From the NCBI GenBank assembly GCA_040878325.1, contig JBBDMM010000010.1:1-64000 (forward strand): a stretch of 64,000 nucleotides of DNA, given 5' to 3'. Made by a program: the position numbers and the translations under genes. The notes beneath the pieces are model-generated. The model was not told the DNA's origin and did not search any database. It saw only the letters and a list, made by a program, of their open reading frames with translations. The stretch is from Acidimicrobiia bacterium. Its GTDB lineage: Bacteria; Actinomycetota; Acidimicrobiia; Spongiisociales; UBA11373. This document shows, in pieces, positions 18,472 to 28,795 of this stretch; positions within the stretch are counted from its first letter, which is position 1; each line of letters opens with the position of its first letter.

Positions 18472-19286
18472 GGGAGGCGAGGGAACTTCCCGAAGTCAGG
18501 CTTGCGCTTCTCGTTGAAGGCGTTGCGGCCCTCCTGGGCCTCCTCGCTCATATAGAAGAGGAGCGTGGCGTCGCCCGCCAGCTGCTGCTGGCCGGCCAGA
18601 CCGTCGCTGGCTGCGTTGATCGCCGCCTTCATCAGCCGCACCGCCAGGGGGGATTTCTCCAGGATCTCGTTGGCCCAGGAAACCGTCTCCGCCTCCAGGT
18701 CGGCGACCGGGACCACCTTGTTGACCATCCCCATCTCGTAGGCCTCGGCGGCGGAGTACTGGCGGCACAGGTACCAGATCTCGCGTGCCCGCTTATCGCC
18801 CACCATCCGGGCGAGCAGCCCGGCGCCGTATCCACCGTCGAACGAGCCGACTTTTGGCCCGGTCTGCCCGAACACCGCGTTGTCGCCGGCGATGGTCAGG
18901 TCGCAGACCAGGTGGAGGATGTGGCCGCCACCGATGGCATAGCCGGCGACCATGGCGATGATCGGCTTGGGGAGCCGCCGCATCTGTATCTGCAGATCGA
19001 GGACGTTGAGGCGCGGCGTTCCCTGCGGATCGAGGTACCCGGCATCTCCCCGGATCTTCTGGTCGCCGCCCGAACAGAACGCCTCGGTCCCCTCGCCGGT
19101 GAGGATGATCACCCCGATCGACTGATCGTTCCGGGCCTTCTCGAAGGCATCGCTCAGTTCGAACAGAGTCGTCGGTCGGAACGCATTACGCACCTCGGGC
19201 CGGTTGATGGTGACCTTGGCAATGCCACCGAGCGTCTCGTACCGGATGTCGGTGTAGTTCCCGTGATCGGACCAGTCGAAGGGCAT
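18468..19286 (-). CDS. menB: 1,4-dihydroxy-2-naphthoyl-CoA synthase
   Basis: [41 protein letters not shown]. Confidence 0.97.
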   Translation of the reverse strand: MPFDWSDHGNYTDIRYETLGGIAKVTINRPEVRNAFRPTTLFELSDAFEKARNDQSIGVIILTGEGTEAFCSGGDQKIRGDAGYLDPQGTPRLNVLDLQIQMRRLPKPIIAMVAGYAIGGGHILHLVCDLTIAGDNAVFGQTGPKVGSFDGGYGAGLLARMVGDKRAREIWYLCRQYSAAEAYEMGMVNKVVPVADLEAETVSWANEILEKSPLAVRLMKAAINAASDGLAGQQQLAGDATLLFYMSEEAQEGRNAFNEKRKPDFGKFPRLP

Positions 19287-19332
19287 ATTCGGCAAAGTTA
19301 GTCGGAGGGTCGGGGGCCGCAGTCGCCCGAAG

Positions 19333-19514
19333 CGTCCTCCCCTGCCGTCTGCGGCGGGGGAGGTGGCTGCCGGGCGGGAAGCCCGGCAGCCGGAGGGGGC
19401 AGCGGACCCTGCGAGCATTCCAACGACGGTGCTCTCTTCGGGCGTCCTCCCCTGCCGTCTTCGGCGGGGGAGGTGGCACCGCCGCGCGTTGCGCATTGCT
19501 CATTGCGCATTGCG
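19333..19514. repeat. Tandem REP-like elements plus heptamer array in the menB/menE divergent gap
   Basis: Two CGTCCTCCCCTGCCG..CGGCGGGGGAGGTGGC units, GACCCTGCGAGCA tail, (TTGCGCA)n. Confidence 0.8.
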
Positions 19515-19525
19515 AGAATCACAGC

Positions 19526-20824
19526 ATGGACTACCTCGCCCGTGCCGCTGCGGACCGCCCCGAGTCTCCGGCAATCCTCTATGGCGATCGCACCATCTCC
19601 TATCGGGACCTCGACCGGGCGGCGAATGCGGTGGCGGGGATGGTGCTTGGTGCCGGCCTTGAGGGCACCGGGGTGGCGTTCTGGGGGGAGCGGGACCCGG
19701 CGACCGTCGCTGCCGTGTGGGGGGTGTGCCGGGCGGGAGCCACCGCCGTGCCGGTGGATGCGCGGATGCCTCCGGCCGAGGCGATGCAGCTGACCCGCGA
19801 GGCCGGGGTTCGCGGCCTCTTTCCGATTCCGGAGGGGGGTATCGACGCGCTCCTCGATCGCAAGGTTCCGTCGGAGATCCCTGCCTGGGGCCCACCTTCC
19901 GGCGCCGCCCGGTTCGTGGTGTTCACCTCCGGCAGCGAGGGCACCCACAAGGGGGTGATCCTCACCGGGGAGAACATTGCCGCCTCGGTCACCGGCTCGC
20001 GCGATCGCCTCGGCAATGGGCCGGACGACGCCTGGCTCGGGGTGCTGCCGCTGTTCCACGTCGGTGGCCTGTCGATTCTGTGGCGTCAGGCCGAGCAGGC
20101 GGCGCCGGTGGTGCTCGAAGCGGAGTTCGATCCGGGGCGGGTAGCCGGGCTCCTGGGCACGACCGCCTACTCGTCGCTGGTTCCGACGATGCTCCGGCGG
20201 GTGCTCGACACCGGTCGAGTGGTCGGTTCGGGCAAGTTGCTCCTCGGGGGCGGGCCGGCCGATGTGTCGCTGTTGCGGCGGGCGATCGACGCCGGTGTCC
20301 CCGCCCTCCAGACCTACGGGATGACCGAGACCGCCTCCCAGGTCACCACGGTGGCGCCGGGAGGCGAGGAAGCCGATCTGGGAACGGCGGGCCGCCCGAT
20401 TCACGGCGCCGAGGTCCGGATCGCCGATGGTCGCATCGAACTGCGCGGCCCGATGCTCTCACCCGGCTACCTGGGGGAGGACCCCCGGCCCGAGGGTTCC
20501 TGGTTCACCACCGGTGACCTCGGTTCGATCGACGACCAGGGCCGGCTCACCGTCCTTGGTCGGGCCGACGCGGTGATCGTCACCGGTGGCGAGAACATCC
20601 ATCCCGCCGCAGTGGAGCGGGTCCTCCGCAGTCACCCCGGCGTACTCGACGCCCGGGTGTTCGGGAAACCCGACGACGAGTGGGGAAGGCGAGTTGTAGC
20701 CGAAGTGGTCCTCGACGGCATCAGCGTTTCCGAACTACGCGAATGGGTCGCCGCCCACCTCACCCCCGCCCAACTCCCCAAAGAGTGGCGCTCGGTCGAG
20801 CGGTTGCAGGGAAAGCTCGAGTAG
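19526..20824 (+). CDS. menE: o-succinylbenzoate-CoA ligase
   Basis: FTSGSEG.HKG, PLFHVGG, YGMTETASQ, TGDLG, TGGENI; located in the men cluster. Confidence 0.88.
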   Translation: MDYLARAAADRPESPAILYGDRTISYRDLDRAANAVAGMVLGAGLEGTGVAFWGERDPATVAAVWGVCRAGATAVPVDARMPPAEAMQLTREAGVRGLFPIPEGGIDALLDRKVPSEIPAWGPPSGAARFVVFTSGSEGTHKGVILTGENIAASVTGSRDRLGNGPDDAWLGVLPLFHVGGLSILWRQAEQAAPVVLEAEFDPGRVAGLLGTTAYSSLVPTMLRRVLDTGRVVGSGKLLLGGGPADVSLLRRAIDAGVPALQTYGMTETASQVTTVAPGGEEADLGTAGRPIHGAEVRIADGRIELRGPMLSPGYLGEDPRPEGSWFTTGDLGSIDDQGRLTVLGRADAVIVTGGENIHPAAVERVLRSHPGVLDARVFGKPDDEWGRRVVAEVVLDGISVSELREWVAAHLTPAQLPKEWRSVERLQGKLE

Positions 20825-20921
20825 CGTCAGACCGCCGCACGGCCCCCTCCGTCTCGCTTCGCTCGCCCCTGCGGGGGAGGAAACGCGAATTGCCAATTGC
20901 GGCCCGGGCGTAGCCCGGGCA

Positions 20922-21407
20922 CTACTCAATGGAATCGATCGTGATTTCGAAGGTGAGGGCTTGGCCGGCGAGCTGGTGATTGGTGTCGACCGTGATGAAG
21001 TCTTCGGTGATCGCGAGGATCGTGCCGGCCCCGCCGCTACCGAATTGCACCCGCTGGCCCACGGTCAGGCCCTCGGGGGCGCCTTCGGCGGGGACTTCGA
21101 TGATGAGCGCCTCGTTGTACTCGCCGTAGGCCTCGGCAGGCTCGAGGCGAACCGTGAGGGTCTCGCCCACTGCCTTGCCGCGCACGGCGTTCTCGAAGCC
21201 GTCGATGAGGCTGCCTTGACCGAGTACGAACACCAGCGGCTGTCCGCCGATGTTGGAGTCGAATTCGGTGCCGTCGTCGAGCGTGCCGCGATAGAACACG
21301 CCGACCGTGTCACCGTCGGACGCAACTGTGGCGGCGGAGTCTCCTCCACCGCCACAAGCTGCTGCGACCAGCGCGAGGGCGGCGACCAGGCCGCCCCGCG
21401 AAGTCAT
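20922..21407 (-). CDS. FKBP-type peptidyl-prolyl isomerase (SlyD-like IF domain), predicted lipoprotein
   Basis: Lipobox AAAC; YRGTLDDGTEFDS, LIDGFE, EAYG, DTNHQLAGQALTF. Confidence 0.9.
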   Translation of the reverse strand: MTSRGGLVAALALVAAACGGGGDSAATVASDGDTVGVFYRGTLDDGTEFDSNIGGQPLVFVLGQGSLIDGFENAVRGKAVGETLTVRLEPAEAYGEYNEALIIEVPAEGAPEGLTVGQRVQFGSGGAGTILAITEDFITVDTNHQLAGQALTFEITIDSIE

Positions 21408-21646
21408 CGACGGGGCCGGGCTTCGTTGACGTTGAGCTTGCGTCCACCGTGGTCCGCGCCGTTGAGCGCCTCGATGGCCTTGCGGCCGGCATCGTCAGGC
21501 ATCTCCACGAAGCCGAAGCCCCGGGAGCGACCGGTGTCGCGGTCCATGATCACGGCGGCCGAGTCGACCTGGCCGTGCTCGGCGAACACCCGCTCGAGTT
21601 CGTCAGAGGTCATGGAGTAGGAAAGGTTTCCTACGTAGATGTTCAT
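21404..21646 (-). CDS. Single-RRM RNA-binding protein
   Basis: RNP2 IYVGNL, RNP1 RGFGFVEM, VNEARPR. Confidence 0.95.
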   Translation of the reverse strand: MNIYVGNLSYSMTSDELERVFAEHGQVDSAAVIMDRDTGRSRGFGFVEMPDDAGRKAIEALNGADHGGRKLNVNEARPRR

Positions 21647-21861
21647 CGGGTCCCTTTCTCGAGTCCCAAACACCCGCCTCCGTGGCGGGCATCTGCCGGT
21701 GGGTTCCCGAGAAACAAACGCTCGACTCACCTCAACCAGGCAAACCCACGATAGCGAAACCGGGGAAATTGCCCCCGAGTCCCAGCGAAGGCCGCCCCCG
21801 GAACTGGGAGAAGGAGCTTGGCCGGCCGAAGGCCGGCCCAAGGCGGCCGAAGGCCGCCCGT

Positions 21862-21903
21862 TGGCTGTTGGCTGGTGACTGGAGACTGGTGACTGGTGAC
21901 TGG
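21862..21903. repeat. Heptamer array (TGACTGG)n
   Basis: Six 7-bp units. Confidence 0.75.
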
Positions 21904-21944
21904 ATAGTGTCGGGGGCCGCAAGAGCCTGGAAGGGGGCCGGCCC

Positions 21945-22718
21945 ATGTGCTTCGACCACGATTCGATACCGCCCATCCAACCGGTGGCTGGTGCCGCGAT
22001 CGACACCCGCCACCTCAACCTGACCACCTCGGACGGCCATGAGCTGACCGCGTTCGAGGCTCTCGGGGCAGGCGTCGGGGCGTCGGTGCTCGTGCTTCCC
22101 GATGTTCGGGGCCTGTACCGCTTCTATGAGGAGTTGGCGGTTCGCTTCGCCGAGGTGGGCCACAATTCTGTGGCCATCGACTACTTCTCTCGCACCGCCG
22201 GCCAGGGCACGCGCGGCGACGATTTCGATTACATGCCGCACGTGCGGCAGACGACCTTCGAGTCGGTGACGGCGGACGCCGCAGCCGGGGTGGCGCATCT
22301 CCGCAGCCTCGACCCGGACCGGCCGGTGTTCACCCTCGGGTTTTGCTTTGGCGGTTCGAACTCGTGGCACCAGGCGGCCAACGGTCTCGGGTTGGCGGGA
22401 GCGATCGGTTTCTACGGGAACCCCAACCGCGAGTTCCCCCCAGGGGCCACCCCGCTGGTCGAGCGGGTGGGCGAAATCGATTGCCCAATCCTTGGCCTGA
22501 TGGCAGGTGACGATCAGGGCATTCCGCTCGAGGAGGTCGATCGCTGGCGCGACGCCCTGAACGCCGCCGGCGTGCCGAACGAGATCGTCGTCTACGAGGG
22601 CGCCCCCCACTCGTTCTTCGATCGCAAGTTCGAGGAGTACGCGGTGGAATCCGCCGACGCCTGGGATCGGGTGCTGCGGTTCATCGCCGAGAAGAGTCAA
22701 GTAGCAAGTAGCAAGTAG
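21945..22718 (+). CDS. Dienelactone hydrolase family protein
   Basis: PDVRGL, GFCFGG, YEGAPHSF. Confidence 0.9.
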   Translation: MCFDHDSIPPIQPVAGAAIDTRHLNLTTSDGHELTAFEALGAGVGASVLVLPDVRGLYRFYEELAVRFAEVGHNSVAIDYFSRTAGQGTRGDDFDYMPHVRQTTFESVTADAAAGVAHLRSLDPDRPVFTLGFCFGGSNSWHQAANGLGLAGAIGFYGNPNREFPPGATPLVERVGEIDCPILGLMAGDDQGIPLEEVDRWRDALNAAGVPNEIVVYEGAPHSFFDRKFEEYAVESADAWDRVLRFIAEKSQVASSK

Positions 22719-22761
22719 CAACTTCGGCGGGACCAATCGCCAATCGCTAATCGCCAATCGC
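22698..22761. repeat. Heptamer arrays (CAAGTAG)n and (CCAATCG)n overlapping the stop codon
   Basis: Direct observation. Confidence 0.75.
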
Positions 22762-22819
22762 GGCCCGAGCGAACCGATGGCCTCTTATCATCCCCCCTCG
22801 GCATGCACCGCGATTCCGC

Positions 22820-24079
22820 ATGAGAGAGACCTTTCGGCGAACCTTTCGTTCCCTCCGGATTCGCAACTTCAGAATCTTCTTCGTCGGCCAGTTCATCTCC
22901 GCCGTCGGCCTGTGGATGCAGCAGGTCGCCGAACTGTGGCTGATCCTCGAACTCACCGATAGCGCGGCGGCTCTGGGGGCAATCACCGCCACCCACTTCG
23001 GGCCGATCCTCGTGTTCGGGTTGTGGGGTGGGGTCATCGCCGACCGGGTGGACAAGCGGCGTTTGATGATGGTCACCCAGACCCTCCTTGGCCTGCTCGC
23101 CGCCGGGCTGGCGATCACCAGCGCCCGGGGCACCCTCGGTGTCGCCACCCTGTTCGGGTTCTCCTTCGCGGTTGGCATGGTCACCGCGCTCGACAATCCC
23201 ACCCGGCGGTCCTTCGTCCGGGAGATGGTGCCTCTGATCGACGTGCCGAACGCGGTGAGCCTCAACTCGACCCTGATGACGTCGGCCCGGGCGGTAGGCC
23301 CGGCGATCTCCGGGATCCTCCTGGCGACACACGGGGCGACCCTGGTATTCACGGTGAACGCGGTGTCCTATGCGGCGGTGATCGTGGCGCTGATGATGAT
23401 GCGACCCGGCGAGCTGTATCGCACTGCCCCGGTGCCGCGACGCCCCGGCCAGCTGGTGGAAGGGCTCCGCTACTCGTGGAACAACCTTGCGGTGCGGCTG
23501 CCGATCGTGATGGTCGCCTGGATCGGCACGCTCTCGTTCAACTTCTCCCTGCTGCTCACACTCTTCGCCGACCACGTGTTCGACGTTGGGTCGAGGGGCT
23601 TCGGGGTGCTCATCTCGATGACGGCGATCGGCTCGCTGGTCGGCGCTTTGATCACCGCCTCGCGTCGCAAGGTGACCGAGCGGTACATCGCCTGGGCGGC
23701 GGTGGGCTTCGGCGTGGTGACCTTGATCACCGCGGTGGCGCCCACCTACGTCCTGATGGCCATTGTCCTGGTACCCGTCGGCCTGTTTGCGATCGCCTTC
23801 CTCGCGGGCGCCCAGGGCCTCGCCCAGGAGAGCACCGAGTTGCATCTTCAAGGCCGGGTGATGGCGCTGTTCGCGGTGGTGTTCCTCGGAAGCACCCCGG
23901 TGGGTGGTCTCATCGCCGGCGGGGTGGCCGAGTGGCTCGGTCCGCGGTTTGCGTTCGGGATGGGCGGGGTGACGGCGATAGTCGTCGGGGTCTGGGCACA
24001 TCGGGTGGTGACGCGCGCCCGGCGGGCGGCGAGCCATGATGCCGAGGTGATGGCGGTCGGGGGAACGGGCGGCCAGTGA
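22820..24079 (+). CDS. MFS transporter (MFS_3/DHA3-like)
   Basis: GGVIADRVDKRRL motif A, DNPTRRSF, QGRVMAL; about 12 TM segments. Confidence 0.9.
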   Translation: MRETFRRTFRSLRIRNFRIFFVGQFISAVGLWMQQVAELWLILELTDSAAALGAITATHFGPILVFGLWGGVIADRVDKRRLMMVTQTLLGLLAAGLAITSARGTLGVATLFGFSFAVGMVTALDNPTRRSFVREMVPLIDVPNAVSLNSTLMTSARAVGPAISGILLATHGATLVFTVNAVSYAAVIVALMMMRPGELYRTAPVPRRPGQLVEGLRYSWNNLAVRLPIVMVAWIGTLSFNFSLLLTLFADHVFDVGSRGFGVLISMTAIGSLVGALITASRRKVTERYIAWAAVGFGVVTLITAVAPTYVLMAIVLVPVGLFAIAFLAGAQGLAQESTELHLQGRVMALFAVVFLGSTPVGGLIAGGVAEWLGPRFAFGMGGVTAIVVGVWAHRVVTRARRAASHDAEVMAVGGTGGQ

Positions 24080-24090
24080 GAGGAACCGTC

Positions 24091-24639
24091 ATGAGGCGAG
24101 CGATGGTGCTGGTGGCGGTGGTCCTGTTCGTGACGGCCTGCGGTGCCGACTCGGGCGGCGCCCGCCCGTTGACGGACGAGGAGCGGGCGGTGGCTACCGC
24201 CCTCGACGCCAGCATCGAAGCCGAGTCGGCAGCAACCGACGAGCCGTTCACCGACGCGGAATCCCGGCGGTGCCTCGCTGAGAGCATCGTGCGCGAAGTC
24301 GGCGTGGCGAGGCTCGCCGAGCTCGGGGTCACCGCCGATGGCGTGGTCGAGTCGACGGTGCTCTTCGAGCGAATGACCGCGACCGAACTCGACACGATCG
24401 CTGATGTCTCGGTCGAGTGCTCCGATCTGGAGAGCATCTTTATCGAGGAGGGCGGCATGAGCGCGGGGAGCGCCCGCTGCTTCGCCGACCGGCTGACCGA
24501 CGAGGGCACCTACGCCGATCTCATCCTCGCCGGGCTCAAGAACGAGGAGCCGGCCAATGAGGTCTTCGTAGCGATGCTCGCCGCCGGCTCGGACTGTCTC
24601 ACCACCGAGGAGTTCGCCGAGTTCTTCGGCACCGGGTGA
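24091..24639 (+). CDS. Hypothetical lipoprotein
   Basis: Lipobox VTAC; acidic helical protein with paired Cys. Confidence 0.7.
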   Translation: MRRAMVLVAVVLFVTACGADSGGARPLTDEERAVATALDASIEAESAATDEPFTDAESRRCLAESIVREVGVARLAELGVTADGVVESTVLFERMTATELDTIADVSVECSDLESIFIEEGGMSAGSARCFADRLTDEGTYADLILAGLKNEEPANEVFVAMLAAGSDCLTTEEFAEFFGTG

Positions 24640-24831
24640 CCGTCGAAGGTATTGAAGTCGCCGGTCCCGTGAACTGCGCGGCGCCCTCGCCATCTCTGAA
24701 GCGCGCCTGTGGAGTGAGTCGACCTAGGCCATCGAAGAAAGACGCCGCCAATAGCGCCGCCTTGATCGGTGGCCTCACCCCGGAGGAGCTGGAGACAGTT
24801 CTCGGGTAGCCCTGTTCTGAGGAGGGCGGCC

Positions 24832-26592
24832 CTACGCGGCTTGTTCTTCGACACCCAGCGTCGAGCGCACCGGCAGGGTGGTGACGAATATCGAGCCGCT
24901 GCCGTCGAGGCGGTCGCTCACCCGGACGGTTCCCCCGTGGGCGGCGACCAGGGCGCGCACGAGATAGAGCCCGATGCCCGTTCCCTGTTCGGCATGGTTC
25001 TTGCCGCGGCGGAATCTCTCGAAGATCACTTCGCGTTCATCGAGGGGAATGCCAGGACCGCGATCGGCGACCGTGACGACGATCTGCTCGCCGTCGCCGT
25101 CAGCCGAGACTTCGACCGGGGTGCCGGCCGGGCTGTATTTGACGGCATTCTCGATGAGGTTGGTGAACACCTGCCGCAGGGTTCCCTGGTCGCCGGTCAC
25201 GAGGGTGAGTGCGCCGGCGAGGTGGAGGTCGATCTGACGCTCGGGGAACAGCCGGGCGATCAGGTCGACGGCTTCGGTGACGACATCCCCGAGGTCGAGG
25301 CGGTCGCGCCGGTACTCGAGGGCGCCCGCCTCGAGGCGAGACGCGAGCAACAGGTTGGAGATCAGTGCTTCGAGGTGGGCCGACTCGCGCTGAATGAGGG
25401 CCACATGCTCGAGCGCCTCGGGATCGCTCAGGTAGTCGGGCAGCAACGCCCCGAACCCGATGATGGTGGTGAGAGGGGTACGCAGCTCGTGCGAGACCGA
25501 AGCCACCAGGGTCGTCTTGAGATTGTCGAGTTCCTGCAGGCGGGTGACCGCGGCGCGCTCTCGCGCCAGTGAACGGGTGAGCCCGATGGCGGCGGCTCCC
25601 TGGGCGGCGACCCCCTGGGCGATACGAATTTGATGATCAGGGATGGCCTCGCGCCGATTGCGGTCGAGGACGAGAACGCCGAAGGTCTCGTTCCACGCGG
25701 TCAGAGGCAGGAGCAGCAGCGAGCGGACCCCAAATGGTTCGCGCCACGAGTCGGGGAGCAGTTCGGGGTGGGCTTCCGGGTCGAGTAATGCCATCGGCTC
25801 GCCCGATGCCATGACTTCGCGTGCCGCCGGAGCGTCCTCTGAGTTGGAAATGAAGCGCTGCCAGGCGGCATCATCGACGTGCCCATCGGCGAACTGGCTC
25901 ATCGTCGGGATGAGGCGGTCGCTCTCTTCGTCGAGGAGGAAGACGGAGCATCGGTCGAAGCTGGTGACCCGGGCGCAGTTCTGTGCGACTGCGGCGAGTA
26001 CCGGGATCAGTTCGGTGGTGCGGGTGAGCACGCTGCCAACCTCGAGGAGAGCCTCCGCATCGCTGGCCCGTCGCTCCTCGCGCTCGAAGGCGCGGGCGTT
26101 GTCAAGTGCCAGGGCGACGTATTCGGAGAACTCGGCGAGATCTTGCTGACGCTTGCGAAGGATGGCGGGCTGGCCTTCTACGATGAGGACACCGAGGAGC
26201 AGGCCATCGCGGCGGAGCCCGAACGCCAGGAACGGCTGGTTGCCGAACCGATCGACCACGTGGTCTGGCAGCCCGTCGCGGGGATCTTCGACCATCACGA
26301 CTTCCGCGCCGGCGCGGATTCGCTGCACCACGTCGAAATCTTCCACGTTCAGCCCCCGCCATTCCTCGAAGAGGTCACGATCCACCACACCGGAGGCGTA
26401 TTCGGAGACGTAAGGCAGAAGGCGCCCGTGTTCGGGAGACACCAAGAAGAGGGAGACGCGTTCGATCGAGAACGTGGTGGCGAGGAACCTGAACATCTCT
26501 GCGACCAGTCGCTTGGTCGACCGTTCTGTGCCCGCTCGTCTCAGAAACTCGAGAATCCCCCTCGAGAACGAGGAATGCTTCGCTATTTGCAT
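24832..26592 (-). CDS. Double-GAF sensor histidine kinase
   Basis: Two GAF-like regions, SHELRTPLT, NLIENAVKYS, DRGPGI, GTGIGL; start uncertain (26592 or 26616). Confidence 0.88.
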   Translation of the reverse strand: MQIAKHSSFSRGILEFLRRAGTERSTKRLVAEMFRFLATTFSIERVSLFLVSPEHGRLLPYVSEYASGVVDRDLFEEWRGLNVEDFDVVQRIRAGAEVVMVEDPRDGLPDHVVDRFGNQPFLAFGLRRDGLLLGVLIVEGQPAILRKRQQDLAEFSEYVALALDNARAFEREERRASDAEALLEVGSVLTRTTELIPVLAAVAQNCARVTSFDRCSVFLLDEESDRLIPTMSQFADGHVDDAAWQRFISNSEDAPAAREVMASGEPMALLDPEAHPELLPDSWREPFGVRSLLLLPLTAWNETFGVLVLDRNRREAIPDHQIRIAQGVAAQGAAAIGLTRSLARERAAVTRLQELDNLKTTLVASVSHELRTPLTTIIGFGALLPDYLSDPEALEHVALIQRESAHLEALISNLLLASRLEAGALEYRRDRLDLGDVVTEAVDLIARLFPERQIDLHLAGALTLVTGDQGTLRQVFTNLIENAVKYSPAGTPVEVSADGDGEQIVVTVADRGPGIPLDEREVIFERFRRGKNHAEQGTGIGLYLVRALVAAHGGTVRVSDRLDGSGSIFVTTLPVRSTLGVEEQAA

Positions 26593-26653
26593 GCTCGGGA
26601 GGTATCGGCCGTCCACGAGGTCAGGTTGAGGATGGTGGACGGCTTCCGGCTTG

Positions 26654-26980
26654 CGTCCTCCCCCGGCTGGCGTCCTCCCCCNNNNNNNNNNNNNNNNNNN
26701 NNNNNNNNNNNNNNNNNNNNNNNNNNNNNNNNNNNNNNNNNNNNNNNNNNNNNNNNNNNNNNNNNNNNNNNNNNNNNNNNNGGCTTCCGGGGGAGGTGGC
26801 TGACGGGCGATTAGCCCGGCAGACGAAGGGGGCAGCGAAGCGAACGAAGTGAGCCCCCTGCGAGCACTCCGACGACCGGTTGAGGAGGCGTCCTCCCCCG
26901 GCTTCCGGGGGAGGTGGCTGACGGGCGATTAGCCCGGCAGACGAAGGGGGCAGCTGACCCTGCGAGCACTCCGACGACCG
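26654..26980. repeat. Tandem REP-like cluster spanning a 100-N assembly gap (26682-26781)
   Basis: Repeated CGTCCTCCCCCGGCTTCCGGGGGAGGTGGCTGACGGGCGATTAGCCCGGCAGACGAAGGGGGCAGC..CCCTGCGAGCACTCC units. Confidence 0.85.
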
Positions 26981-27119
26981 AGCCTCCGGAAAACGGTTGC
27001 CGGGCTGCCCGGCAACCGAAAGGGCCAAGACAGACCAATGGAGGTTCGCTCCAGGATCCGGACCTGTGGGTCGGACTCGCCAATCGCCAATCGCCATCGG
27101 CCCTAATACCCTCCTCGCG

Positions 27120-28793
27120 ATGCCCCAGCCTCTTGTCGAATGCGTTCCAAATTTCTCCGAGGGACGGGACCCTGCGGTGATCGAGGCGATCGCCGCGGCA
27201 ATCACCGCCGTCGAGGGGGTCACCCTGCTGGACGTCGACCCGGGGGCCTCGACCAACCGCACCGTGGTCACGTTCGTCGGGCCGCCAGATTCGGTGGTGG
27301 AGGCGGCGGTGCGGGCGGGCCAGGCGGCGGCGGAGCACATCGACATGAGCCGCCACTCCGGTGCCCATCCCCGGTTCGGGGGGATGGACGTGTGCCCCTT
27401 CGTCCCGGTGCGGGACATCACCATGGAAGAGGTGGCCACCCTGGCGCGCGACGCGGCGCGTCGGCTCGGCGAGGCCGGGCTCACGGTCTTTCTGTACGAG
27501 CAAGCGGCGTCGGCTCCACATCGCCAGAACCTTGCCGAGGTGCGGGCGGGGGAGTACGAGGGCCTGGCGGCGAAGCTCGCCGACCCGCAGTGGCAGCCCG
27601 ACTTCGGGCCCTCCGAGTTCCAGCCCCGCACCGGTGCCACCGCGGTGGGCGCCCGTGAGTTCCTCGTCGCCTACAACGTGAACCTCAACACCACCTCGAC
27701 CCGCCGGGCGAATGCGGTCGCCTTCGACGTGCGGGAACGGGGCCGGGTGAAGCGAGCGGGGGATCCGCTCACCGGCGAGATCGTCCGCGGCACCGACGGT
27801 GAACCCGAGTACGAGCCGGGGGTGCTGCCCGGGGTGAAGGCGATCGGGTGGTTCATCGAGGAGTACGGGGTCTGCCAGGTGTCGATGAACCTCACCGACA
27901 TCGGCGTCACCCCGATCCATGTCGCCTTCGAGGCGGTGGCCGAGAGCGCCGCGTCGCGGGGGATGCGGGTGACGGGGTCGGAGATCGTGGGAATGGTGCC
28001 GCTGCGGGCGATGCTCGACGCCGGCGAGTTCTACCTGCGGCGGCAGCAGCGGTCCATCGGTGTCCCTGACGAGGAGATCGTCCACCTCGCCATCCGGTCC
28101 ATGGGCCTCGACGAGTTCGGCCCGTTTGACCCTCGCCAGCGGATCATCGAATGGCGACTCGAGGCGGGCGGCTCGCGGCTGGTCGACAAGTCGGTCACCG
28201 GCTTGGTCCACGCAGTGGCGTCGGAGTCGCCGGCGCCGGGCGGCGGTTCGGTGGCGGCGCTGGCCGGGTCGCTGGGGGCGGCGCTGGGCACGATGGTGGC
28301 CAACTTGTCCGCCCACAAGCGCGGCTGGGACGATCGGTGGGAGGAGTTCTCCGCATGGGCCGTGCGGGGCAAGGCCCTGCACCAGCGGCTGCTCGCCCTG
28401 GTGGACGAGGACACCGCCGCGTTCGACGCCCTGGTCGAGGCGATGCGGACGCCCCGCGACGATCCCGCTCGGGTCGGAGCGGTGGAGGCGGCAACCCGGG
28501 GCGCCATCGAAGTGCCGCTGCAGGTGATGGCGGCCTCGCTCGAAGCGATGGAGGTGATCGGGGCGATGGCCGCCGAAGGTCTGGCATCGTCGGTGAGCGA
28601 CGCCGGGGTCGGCGCGTTGCTCGTCCGGGCCGCGTTGCGGGGGGCTCACCTCAACGTGAAGATCAACGCCACCGGGCTTACCGACCAAAGAACCCGCGAC
28701 GACTACCTGGCCCGGGCCGACGAGATCGCCGTCGCTGCCTCCACCCACGAGGACGAGATCCTCGAGGTGGTCGAGCGGCGTTTCGGGGAGTAG
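27120..28793 (+). CDS. ftcD: Bifunctional glutamate formimidoyltransferase / formimidoyl-THF cyclodeaminase
   Basis: VECVPNFSEGRD, HSGAHPRFGGMDVCPF, QVSMNL, GSEIVG; C-terminal PAPGGGSVAAL and NVKIN. Confidence 0.95.
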   Translation: MPQPLVECVPNFSEGRDPAVIEAIAAAITAVEGVTLLDVDPGASTNRTVVTFVGPPDSVVEAAVRAGQAAAEHIDMSRHSGAHPRFGGMDVCPFVPVRDITMEEVATLARDAARRLGEAGLTVFLYEQAASAPHRQNLAEVRAGEYEGLAAKLADPQWQPDFGPSEFQPRTGATAVGAREFLVAYNVNLNTTSTRRANAVAFDVRERGRVKRAGDPLTGEIVRGTDGEPEYEPGVLPGVKAIGWFIEEYGVCQVSMNLTDIGVTPIHVAFEAVAESAASRGMRVTGSEIVGMVPLRAMLDAGEFYLRRQQRSIGVPDEEIVHLAIRSMGLDEFGPFDPRQRIIEWRLEAGGSRLVDKSVTGLVHAVASESPAPGGGSVAALAGSLGAALGTMVANLSAHKRGWDDRWEEFSAWAVRGKALHQRLLALVDEDTAAFDALVEAMRTPRDDPARVGAVEAATRGAIEVPLQVMAASLEAMEVIGAMAAEGLASSVSDAGVGALLVRAALRGAHLNVKINATGLTDQRTRDDYLARADEIAVAASTHEDEILEVVERRFGE

Positions 28794-28795
28794 CC

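Noticed and set aside
21735..21780. GGCAAACC..GAAA resembling a c-di-GMP-I riboswitch
   Set aside because: The GACGCAAAGC-type second half and supporting stems are missing
26654..26980. Repeat cluster as a CRISPR array
   Set aside because: Long near-identical units without unique spacers; same family as the dispersed REP-like elements
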